Shown here: positions 1 through 7,735 of the stretch, piece after piece | Numbering within the stretch: the stretch's first letter is position 1 | How the letters are laid out: the number at the start of each line of letters is the position of its first letter | From: a virus | Lineage: Duplodnaviria > Caudoviricetes | DNA: 52,624 bases | Reading direction: 5' to 3' (one strand) | IMG/VR virus record: IMGVR_UViG_3300045738_000739 | Location: 1-52,624 of that record | Notes under the pieces: generated by a model | Seen by the model: only the letters and a program-made list of their open reading frames with translations | What the model was told of the DNA's origin: nothing | The model's database searches: none | Made by a program: the position numbers and the translations under genes

Positions 1-122
1 CGAAGACGCTCAAGAATCGGCGACAATTCAGGTGGGCAACACGACGCATTGAGAATCATGTTGCAGGTCACCCGCCGCGCGTGCGCGTTTGCGGGTAGGT
101 TGTTGATCGTTGCTAGTGCCAT
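1..122 (-). CDS. hypothetical protein, N-terminal part (runs off window)
   Basis: ATG at 122 preceded by GGAG RBS; open to the window edge (MALATINNLPANAHARRVTCNMILNASCCPPELSPILERL...). Confidence 0.5.
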   Translation of the reverse strand, partial: MALATINNLPANAHARRVTCNMILNASCCPPELSPILERL

Positions 123-178
123 TGTTTTAACTCCGTTTGCTTGGTTGCTTGGTCGGTCAATTGTCGTCGCTAACTGTG

Positions 179-391
179 CTAGTCAGCGTGCCCCGCGAAA
201 GCGCGAAGCCTCTCGGTTTCGAGACAGGCAGGGCAAAGATCCACTGACTCGTGGATCGTGCGCCGGTCGCTCGCCTTCAGACGACGACGAGCCATGCGCG
301 TGGCCCGCTTCTTGGGAGCCTCCTGGCAGCACGAGCAAACGTGCCCGTGCCCACGAAACCCTTTAATCCGCTTCTTGTGTGCGTCCATCAC
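179..391 (-). CDS. small basic Cys-rich protein (CSCC ... CPAC)
   Basis: 70-aa ORF, AGGAG RBS, abuts the upstream ORF; Arg/Lys-rich with Cys pairs. Confidence 0.6.
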   Translation of the reverse strand: MMDAHKKRIKGFRGHGHVCSCCQEAPKKRATRMARRRLKASDRRTIHESVDLCPACLETERLRAFAGHAD

Positions 392-617
392 GATCTCCTT
401 CTTGTGCCCGTAGTTGCTGACGTGACAGCTCGTAGTTTTCGCTGCACATCCAACACGAGCAAGGACGGCAACCTGTAGACGCCCACCTGCCTACACGCGC
501 TGGAGTATCACTCAGCGGGTGTACTACCCAGGATGGCGCGTTCAAGATGCCCAATACCTTGCGCGCGTTACGTTTTGCTCGTTGCTCTTTTGCGAGCCTG
601 TATCCTCGATCTCTCAT
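363..617 (-). CDS. small basic protein with CRPCSCWMC motif
   Basis: 84-aa ORF starting 2 nt after the stop of the upstream gene; CSCWMC motif typical of small phage proteins. Confidence 0.65.
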   Translation of the reverse strand: MRDRGYRLAKEQRAKRNARKVLGILNAPSWVVHPLSDTPARVGRWASTGCRPCSCWMCSENYELSRQQLRAQEGDRDGRTQEAD

Positions 618-618
618 T

Positions 619-1464
619 CTAACCTTTCTTCTGCTTCGGCTTAGGCTTCGCCTTCTTGTTCAAGTTGAAGAACCTGATCAGCGTCATGCGATGCCCTTGT
701 TGCCACTGCCCCGCGTTTCGCGTTCGCCGACCATCGTCGGCGAGCGCATGGCCCATGAGCGAGCGAAACATGTTGCTCGCAGTCGGCCACTCGTCACCCA
801 CTTTCACGTCAGTCCTATTTCCCTTGAATTGGAGCAGTTTGTACCCGCCGCCGGCTACGCACTCGATCTGGTAGAAACATTTCCCCCAGCCTCTTCCGCG
901 ATGGGTTTTGTGAACAGACAAGATGCGACCCTCGGCCCAGCCGGCTACCTGCGTCGGATGTTTGCAGCCTGCACCGACTCGGCGCATCTTGCCCTTTTTG
1001 GTAGCCTTTCTGGTGGCGACAATTGACACCTTGTCGTCTTCTTCGGAAGTCAACTCGGGGTCGATCCCGTCGCCGGTCAAGTCACCCGTCAGCTCGATGC
1101 CAGCCGTCAACTCCTCTTGATCTCCTTCTTCCACCAGCTCTGGCTCGGGCTTCGGTGGCTCAGCAACCGAGATTGTCTCTTTGTCGATCCGCACCAGATC
1201 CATAAACCACGTCAGCCAGTCAACGTCGTCTTCGGATACTGCGACGGTATCGGATTTGACGATGTTGATCGCCTTCGGACGCGCGCACTCCTCCAAGTCT
1301 TCTGCGATGGAACCGCTGCCGTTCTGGAACGACACCTCGTCGTCGGTGCCGTCTTCAAACGACAGCTTGAAACCGCAGATCACGGGATAGCCAGCGTCGT
1401 CAATCAGCTCCTCGCCGCTTTCAGCGCGGCGAGTGAGCAACGTGAACTCAGTCAAAACTCTCAT
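619..1464 (-). CDS. hypothetical protein, acidic N-half and basic C-terminal domain (possibly DUF2924/RAMA-like)
   Basis: long ORF; GGAGG RBS before ATG 1464 (track start 1476); C-terminus GDEWPTASNMFRSLMG...RFFNL. Confidence 0.7.
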   Translation of the reverse strand: MRVLTEFTLLTRRAESGEELIDDAGYPVICGFKLSFEDGTDDEVSFQNGSGSIAEDLEECARPKAINIVKSDTVAVSEDDVDWLTWFMDLVRIDKETISVAEPPKPEPELVEEGDQEELTAGIELTGDLTGDGIDPELTSEEDDKVSIVATRKATKKGKMRRVGAGCKHPTQVAGWAEGRILSVHKTHRGRGWGKCFYQIECVAGGGYKLLQFKGNRTDVKVGDEWPTASNMFRSLMGHALADDGRRTRNAGQWQQGHRMTLIRFFNLNKKAKPKPKQKKG

Positions 1465-1465
1465 A

Positions 1466-1705
1466 TCAGCCTCCATGCTTTTGCTCTGGGTATTGCAGCT
1501 CTTGGGAGTCTTCCCACGAAACCGCGAGCTTTTCGTTGTCCCACCGCACGCAGTAAATCACTGTGCATGGTGGAGCACCTACAGACGCCTGCACCAGAAT
1601 GTCCCCGGCACCTTTGTCCTTGTGTTCACAGGCACCCAACGCTTCCATCGTCGCCGCCTGCTCTGGGATCCCCAGACCCCAATTGTCCTTCTGTTTCTTG
1701 GCCAT
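1466..1705 (-). CDS. hypothetical protein
   Basis: GAGGAGG RBS 6 nt before ATG 1705 (MAKKQKDNWG...); stop lies next to the start of the next gene. Confidence 0.65.
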   Translation of the reverse strand: MAKKQKDNWGLGIPEQAATMEALGACEHKDKGAGDILVQASVGAPPCTVIYCVRWDNEKLAVSWEDSQELQYPEQKHGG

Positions 1706-1976
1706 GATTTTCCTCCTCTTGCTTGGCTTCGTAGCGAGTCTTGAGACTCGCGAATCTTTCCCGACCTGCTTCGGTCTTTGACCACTTCGTGCAGCCGCCA
1801 ACACATAAATCAGTGCCGACTCCCCCCCTCACATACGCCTTCGCCAGCTCTTGTTTGATCTCTCCTCCCAGGAGAGTTGAGTTTAGAAATCATATAGGTC
1901 TCAAACATTTGAGACACCTGGCGAACTTCTCACCGGGAAACTGACTTGCGTTGAACTGATTAGTGAACGGGTTCAT
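1626..1976 (-). pseudogene. ORF interrupted by one in-frame TGA (1892-1890): pseudogene or recoded gene
   Basis: GAGG RBS + ATG 1976; MNPFTNQFNASQFPGEKFARCLKCLRPI*FLNSTLLGGEIKQELAKAYVRGGVGTDLCVGGC... stays open to 1626. Confidence 0.4.
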
Positions 1977-2072
1977 GATCTTCGCCTCTACAGGTCTGTA
2001 TGCGCGAATTGTCGCACTGCTCCTGCACTACTAAAGACGGATACGACCTGGCAGCGAACCGGAACTGCAAGC

Positions 2073-3128
2073 TCAACTTTTATTGATGTATCTCAAACCC
2101 TTTAGATTACTGGACTTCTTGGCAGATTGGAGGGGTTGCACTGCCCCCGAACCGGGGCAGTTAGCCGACAATTCGAGACATGCACTTTTTCCAAGCTCAG
2201 CCGGATCGGTGCCTGACGGACACCGCGCCACGCGCACGGGCAGGAACGACGCGAGCAGCCCCGCTGCCGCCCTTCCGCCTTTGTCCCCGGCATCGTCCCC
2301 GTCGTACATCACGACGACTTCAGACGGACTCAGGGACGACAGGAGGTATGCTTGCGCGAGACTGAGCGAGCTGCCCATCGTCGCCACGAACTGTGGACCG
2401 CACACCACCGCGTCCAGCGGACCCTCGACAAGATAAATTGGCTCACCTGGACGGCACAGATGAAGCCCGACCAGCACCTCATTTCGAGTCGCGCAGCCAG
2501 GCACAATTGTCAGCCCCCACTCGGCGTGTTTGTCGGGTGCCGGTAAATTGATGACTTTGATCTTGCTCGCGCCGGTATCCCGCGCGATCCAATACACGAA
2601 TCTTCGGGTGAGATCCCACACCGGAATGAGTAGCCGCCCGGTCAAAAGCCGGTCAGCTTTTGACCCGCTTCGGTCACCCCGGAGAGACGACAATCCGAAC
2701 AGCCGGCAATTGTCGTCGGAGATCCCACGCTCCCGCGCGTACCGCTCAGCTCGTCCGTCGAGCTGCCAAGTCGTCCCCGGTGGCGCAGCCGCTTCAGGCA
2801 GTAGGCGTTGCATGGCCGCACTCGCCTTCTCACGCTCTAACGGCTCGACGTGGGTGCCAACACCCATCGCTGCCTGCTCGACCACCCTGGCCCCTTCTGC
2901 GGGTCCAGAACCAAGCACCGCTCCGACGAGCACGGCTGGGTGTCGCCCACGAAATCCGCAAACCCAGCACTGGAACGCCATCTTGAGCACATTGACAGCG
3001 AACTTGTCGCGCCCGCATCGCGGACAGTCGCAGATCCATTCGTTGCCGGATTTCGAGTAGCAAGTGATGTGTCGGTCGAGCCATCCCGCAAGATTGAATC
3101 GCCGATCGATAGGCGACAATTGGCTCAT
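2073..3128 (-). CDS. DNA primase (Zn finger + TOPRIM)
   Basis: CPRC...CWVC zinc finger; LVEGPLDAV and YDGDDAG TOPRIM motifs; adjacent to DnaB-like helicase. Confidence 0.92.
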   Translation of the reverse strand: MSQLSPIDRRFNLAGWLDRHITCYSKSGNEWICDCPRCGRDKFAVNVLKMAFQCWVCGFRGRHPAVLVGAVLGSGPAEGARVVEQAAMGVGTHVEPLEREKASAAMQRLLPEAAAPPGTTWQLDGRAERYARERGISDDNCRLFGLSSLRGDRSGSKADRLLTGRLLIPVWDLTRRFVYWIARDTGASKIKVINLPAPDKHAEWGLTIVPGCATRNEVLVGLHLCRPGEPIYLVEGPLDAVVCGPQFVATMGSSLSLAQAYLLSSLSPSEVVVMYDGDDAGDKGGRAAAGLLASFLPVRVARCPSGTDPAELGKSACLELSANCPGSGAVQPLQSAKKSSNLKGLRYINKS

Positions 3129-4483
3129 CGCCCATTAACCGGCGGCGGTGGCGGCGGTGGTTCGCCTTGATACCCTAGATCACTGAACCCGCCGCGCTCG
3201 TAATCTGTCTTCACCCGCACGAGCACGCCATCTTCAGCGTCCCGATACTTGCCGAGATAGACGCGCGCCAGCCTGCTCTGCTGCTCGTCAATCGTCCGGT
3301 TGATCGACAGGATTATGTCGGACACACGAACCTTCTCGTAACAGTCGGCAACGTCGCGCGGGCGCAAGACATGCTCTCTGTTGTCGGCTCCTTTGTCGGG
3401 CCTGACAGCTTGCGTCGGTGAGCACACTGCGTAGCCGCGATGCCCGCGAAACTCGATGCGTTCCGACAGAGCTTTGAGCTGCCGGAAGCTGGTCTTCTGG
3501 CGCATATACTCCGACTCCCCCTCGCTATGCAGAAGGTCACCGTAATCAACGATGATCAAGTCTGGCACCCACCCGTGGTTCAGCCTCAGATCCTTGATCT
3601 CGGATAGCAGATCAGCGTAGCTCGCCTGCCACGCTTCACCGTCGTTGAACCCCCGCGTCACCAGATTCGATCCGAGCACCCGGTATTCGCGCTGCATCGT
3701 CGCCATCATGCTGGAGTCGATGTCGCCGCGCTTGACTCGCGCATACACGGTCTCGGCGAACCGGGCTTCGTAGCGATCTTCAGTCTTGCCCCTGCCACCT
3801 TCCAGCACGAAGTGGAGCACCTTCCGGCGAATACGAGCTGCAACGAATCCACGCTGAACGCACCAAAATGTTTTACCGATGCCGCTGTACGCCATGACGA
3901 CTTCCAGCTCACCGCTCGCGAGCCCGCCGCCCATCGACTTGTCTATCTTGTCGATCCCGCATGGGTTACCAGCTCGATTGTTCTCGTTCGCCATCCGTCT
4001 GAATTGTCGTTCGCCGAACTCGGTAAAGAACCACGAGCGGTCAGCCAGCTCCAACTGGATCGCACCCATCTCTTCGATGCGTGCCATCATTCGGCTCATC
4101 GCTTCGTCCGTGTTCCCGTCGTTCCACGATTGCCGGGCTTCCTCAAACCCTAGATGGAACACTTGTCGCCTCGCCCACTCGACCACCTGATCGCGGACGT
4201 ACTCAGAGTCGCGCCAGTCAACATCGGTTTCAATGATGGAATCCGCGCCGACAATTGCAGGATCGTCAGCCATCAGCCGCAGTCGTTCAGTCTTGAGCTT
4301 CAGCATCGATGGATTGTCGTCTACCGAAACGATCTGCCAGGCCCACAGGCTAGCCGGGTCGGTCCAGCCCAATTGACCCGCCCGCATGAACCGCTCGACA
4401 AGAACACGGAGCCCATGATCGTCCATCATCGCTCTGATCAATTGCCGCTGGAATGCGACTCCAAACTCATCAGCCCCCTGCAT
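3125..4483 (-). CDS. replicative DNA helicase, DnaB/T4 gp41-like
   Basis: Walker A AYSGIGKT, VLHFVLE, LIIVDYGDLL Walker B, SPTQ, K-Y-R motif. Confidence 0.92.
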   Translation of the reverse strand: MQGADEFGVAFQRQLIRAMMDDHGLRVLVERFMRAGQLGWTDPASLWAWQIVSVDDNPSMLKLKTERLRLMADDPAIVGADSIIETDVDWRDSEYVRDQVVEWARRQVFHLGFEEARQSWNDGNTDEAMSRMMARIEEMGAIQLELADRSWFFTEFGERQFRRMANENNRAGNPCGIDKIDKSMGGGLASGELEVVMAYSGIGKTFWCVQRGFVAARIRRKVLHFVLEGGRGKTEDRYEARFAETVYARVKRGDIDSSMMATMQREYRVLGSNLVTRGFNDGEAWQASYADLLSEIKDLRLNHGWVPDLIIVDYGDLLHSEGESEYMRQKTSFRQLKALSERIEFRGHRGYAVCSPTQAVRPDKGADNREHVLRPRDVADCYEKVRVSDIILSINRTIDEQQSRLARVYLGKYRDAEDGVLVRVKTDYERGGFSDLGYQGEPPPPPPPVNGR

Positions 4484-4994
4484 GCCTGACCTTCCTGATC
4501 TGCAACGGTAGAGCAGTTTTGCAGTCTACTGCCAGCGCACATGCTCGGCACCATACACTCTGCGGATGCCAGCCCAGCGTGATGTCGTGGGACGCTAGGC
4601 AAACTTCGGGAGTCGCCGCAAATTCAGCCTTCGCTGACTCGGACAAAACCGTGAGTGTGATGTCGCGATCCGTGTCCTCGACCACAGCATCCGACAGCTT
4701 TTCATCGAGCTGCGTGCTCGCCTGTTTGCCATCGCCGAACTCACGGAACTTCGCAAGGAACCCCGGCTGCACTTGGTACAGTCGAGCAAGCGGCACTCGG
4801 AAGCGCCAACCCGTCGCATCGTGACGCGAACGGATGAAACGATCAGGGTCGATGCTGTTGGAGCCGCAGAATTTGAGAAAGCCTTCGCACTGTGCAAGTG
4901 CATTCGTTGTGACTTTGCGAGGAAAGACGCGCAGCCCGTCGCAGAAGCGTGCGGTCAGTCGGTTATACAGACGAAGGCATTCTCTTGCGTTCAT
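4470..4994 (-). CDS. hypothetical replication-module protein, C-terminal Cys/His cluster
   Basis: ATGA overlap with upstream stop at 4991-4994; WHPQSVWCRACALAVDC. Confidence 0.65.
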   Translation of the reverse strand: MNARECLRLYNRLTARFCDGLRVFPRKVTTNALAQCEGFLKFCGSNSIDPDRFIRSRHDATGWRFRVPLARLYQVQPGFLAKFREFGDGKQASTQLDEKLSDAVVEDTDRDITLTVLSESAKAEFAATPEVCLASHDITLGWHPQSVWCRACALAVDCKTALPLQIRKVRHAGG

Positions 4995-5458
4995 TCCTCG
5001 CGCATGCCCGCAACAAATTTCTGTGCATCGAGACATCCGCTTGTCGCGTTCTCGCCGCCGACCACAATGTCGTAGTCGAGCCATTCCGGCACAGCTTCGA
5101 TGCCGTCGCTCTTGCACTGCTCTTCGTACTGAGCGAACACCTCTTGAAGACGCGCCGCAAGCGGACCCGCGCAGCCGCGCAGCAATTGATCGACCCGCAG
5201 CATAAACCAGCGATGCCCCTTCTCCTGATAAAACGACAGCAGCCCCTCGCTCGTGAGCACTGGGATGCCTTGGGAGTCAGGCGACTTCCACAGCACAGCC
5301 GTGCCTTCGGGATTGATGACAGGCGCGATCTCAGGACCACGCCAGCCAAGCTCGTACAGCTTGGTCAGGATGTTCGCCACGTCGTCAGCGTCGTGCTCCA
5401 CCGTCAAAAAGCTCCAGCCAGATTTACCGATTCGTTTGTTCCAACCATTGGGTTGCAT
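4991..5458 (-). CDS. hypothetical protein
   Basis: AGGAGG RBS before ATG 5458 (MQPNGWNK...); translationally coupled to the next gene. Confidence 0.65.
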   Translation of the reverse strand: MQPNGWNKRIGKSGWSFLTVEHDADDVANILTKLYELGWRGPEIAPVINPEGTAVLWKSPDSQGIPVLTSEGLLSFYQEKGHRWFMLRVDQLLRGCAGPLAARLQEVFAQYEEQCKSDGIEAVPEWLDYDIVVGGENATSGCLDAQKFVAGMREE

Positions 5459-5507
5459 ATTATTCTGTCCTCCTGTTCTCCTGTATGGGTCTACCCGCAC
5501 AAGAATC

Positions 5508-7052
5508 CTATTGTCGTCCAAGCCACTGCTTGAAGCTCGGCACATCCAGAACGCTCGACTCGAAACAATCCTCTTCGCGGTAAAGCATCATGCGATGAAC
5601 ACTGTGCTCAAGAAGTTTCGGATGATGCAAATCAACCACGTCCACGATGATCCCAGTTCGCTTGCCACGGCTCTCGGTCAAGACTCGAAAATAGTCTTGC
5701 TTGACCTTCACTCTCGACTTCCCCCCTGCCGCATACACCAGGGCATCTGCGGCAGGCACGTCCCGACCCTCGCCGATTACGGATGTGCCTACCACGGCTG
5801 GGACCACGCCAGACGACAATTGCCGAAGCCGCTCATCGACCACTTCGTTGTCGCGACCATCGACTTCGACTGCGCCTGGAATCATCCCGGCAAGCACTTC
5901 CGCATGCCCGATCTGCTTCGTCAGCACGAGCACCCGACAACCTGCTTCGATCAAAGTAGTGGCGGCAGACGCCAGGATCGCGTTGCGCTCTCCGTTCTCC
6001 ACGACTCCGATCCGATAGCTCGTCTTATTGTCGGCTATCGTTGAGCCGGGACAACGGAGCATCGCGATCCGCGCCGGCACCAGTCTTCCAAGCTCGACCA
6101 TCTCCGAAACCGAACGACTAAACGCCGACCGGCCCAACACGCCGGCCATCTCCATGTCGCGACCGTCTGCCCGATAATGCGTGCCCGTCAGACCTAGCCG
6201 CCAATACGCGCCCGTGAGCTTTTCACTGACCGCCTGCCAAGTCGCGGCAGCCGCATGGTGAAACTCGTCAAGGACGAGTAGCTGCCGCGCGTGAAGATTC
6301 GGCAGTGTGATCGCTGTTTGGGGTGTGGCCACCCAAACGAGCGCATTAAGCAATTGTCGCCTTTCTTTCGCGTTGGGTTTCCCGCGCTGGCCGAACACAC
6401 TTCGATCAGGAAAGAACTCGCGAAACGCTGCAACTGTTTGAGTGACGAGACCGACCGCTGGCGTGACGTAAAGCGTGGGCACGCCTAGCTGGGCGACAAT
6501 TGCCATCGCGATGCGCGTTTTACCGGAACGCGGTGGAAGATCGATAACGCCACGACCCGCTTGAACGAATGCCTCAACCGCTTCGCGCTGGTAAGCGTAG
6601 AGGTCGGGGGTTGGCAGTGGAGTGCCACAAGGTGGATCTCCACGATTGTCGTCTAATGCGAAAGGGGTCTCACACCGAATCCGCAACTGCCTTCTGACCA
6701 AGGCGAGCAAGCCAGTCGGAAATGAGCCGTCGCCCTTTACCATCCTCACCCACCCGTCCCAGATCCCACGCTGCCGCAGTACACGCTCCAGCATCGCAGG
6801 CGTGAGCACGGATTGAGCCAGATCAGCATCCGTGAGAGCTTGAGACACCGTGCTGTCGGCCCAGAGCCGTCGCAGGTCGGTCACCGACCCGTAGCGGCGA
6901 CTTCGGCTGAAAAAGGCTTTGATGGTCCGCTGCGCGTCGAGCGTCGGCATCACCTGTTCCTGGTAGGCAACTCCGTGACGCACGATGCGCAGATGGTCAG
7001 TCGAAATATCTTCGATCTTCGACCACACGTTCCCGACGACAATTCGCGTCAT
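5508..7052 (-). CDS. superfamily 2 DNA helicase (UvsW/XPB-like)
   Basis: LYAYQREAV Q-motif, PPRSGKT, VLDEFHH, LGLTGT, VIGEGRDVP. Confidence 0.93.
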   Translation of the reverse strand: MTRIVVGNVWSKIEDISTDHLRIVRHGVAYQEQVMPTLDAQRTIKAFFSRSRRYGSVTDLRRLWADSTVSQALTDADLAQSVLTPAMLERVLRQRGIWDGWVRMVKGDGSFPTGLLALVRRQLRIRCETPFALDDNRGDPPCGTPLPTPDLYAYQREAVEAFVQAGRGVIDLPPRSGKTRIAMAIVAQLGVPTLYVTPAVGLVTQTVAAFREFFPDRSVFGQRGKPNAKERRQLLNALVWVATPQTAITLPNLHARQLLVLDEFHHAAAATWQAVSEKLTGAYWRLGLTGTHYRADGRDMEMAGVLGRSAFSRSVSEMVELGRLVPARIAMLRCPGSTIADNKTSYRIGVVENGERNAILASAATTLIEAGCRVLVLTKQIGHAEVLAGMIPGAVEVDGRDNEVVDERLRQLSSGVVPAVVGTSVIGEGRDVPAADALVYAAGGKSRVKVKQDYFRVLTESRGKRTGIIVDVVDLHHPKLLEHSVHRMMLYREEDCFESSVLDVPSFKQWLGRQ

Positions 7053-7408
7053 AGGATCGTGTAGAGGTTAACTTTGCGAGCCGATGAAAAGAATCGCTTC
7101 GACCGCTCGATGAATGCAGCCGACTCCAGCGTAGCCAGCGCACGGAACACCGTGGCTCGACTGAACCCGGTGATCCTGCACAGCGTCTTGACTTTGGGGT
7201 AGCACTTGCCCGTGTATCGCCCGGCGAACAGGCACAGGCTAACGTAGACGCAACGCTGCGCTGGCGTCAGTCGGCGGTAACGGTTGCTGTCAACGTCCGA
7301 CATGCGGACGACCCCGAACGAGTCTTTCCGCTTGTCCTCGACAGCAAATTCGTCTGTGGACGTGGCAGCCATACACACGAGTATGTGTGTGGCGTGGCCA
7401 CCATCCAC
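7049..7408 (-). CDS. winged helix-turn-helix DNA-binding protein (HTH_36 / replication-initiator N-terminal type)
   Basis: VYVSLCLFA..CYPKVKTLCRITGFSRATVFRALATLESAAFIER...NLYTIL; start codon uncertain. Confidence 0.85.
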   Translation of the reverse strand: MDGGHATHILVCMAATSTDEFAVEDKRKDSFGVVRMSDVDSNRYRRLTPAQRCVYVSLCLFAGRYTGKCYPKVKTLCRITGFSRATVFRALATLESAAFIERSKRFFSSARKVNLYTIL

Positions 7409-7423
7409 GTCCGTGTCACGAGG

Positions 7424-7654
7424 CTATTCCTCTTCTTCTTCCTCTTCCTCTTCTTCCTCGACTCCGTTGTCACGCAGCCCAAGAGGACGATAGGTGTCGA
7501 GCCCAGCCGTCGCCAGCAAGAGACCTTCGATGGTCATCAATGTCTCCATGGAAATACTGAGCCCGTAGTGCTCACTAACTTCCCGCAACACTGCGATGCC
7601 GATGCCGATGACCAAAAGCCACAGCCTTGTCGATTGTTTTCTATTCTGCTCCAT
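7424..7654 (-). CDS. small membrane protein, holin-like, with poly-Glu tail
   Basis: GGAGG RBS before ATG 7654; STRLWLLVIGIGIAVL plus a second hydrophobic stretch; lies at the end of the tail module. Confidence 0.55.
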   Translation of the reverse strand: MEQNRKQSTRLWLLVIGIGIAVLREVSEHYGLSISMETLMTIEGLLLATAGLDTYRPLGLRDNGVEEEEEEEEEEE

Positions 7655-7735
7655 GTGAAACACCTCCGACTGAGTTATACTCCAATTGTCGCCTAATTGC
7701 GCGGCACCCCCATCATCTTGTGTTGTTCTTCCACA

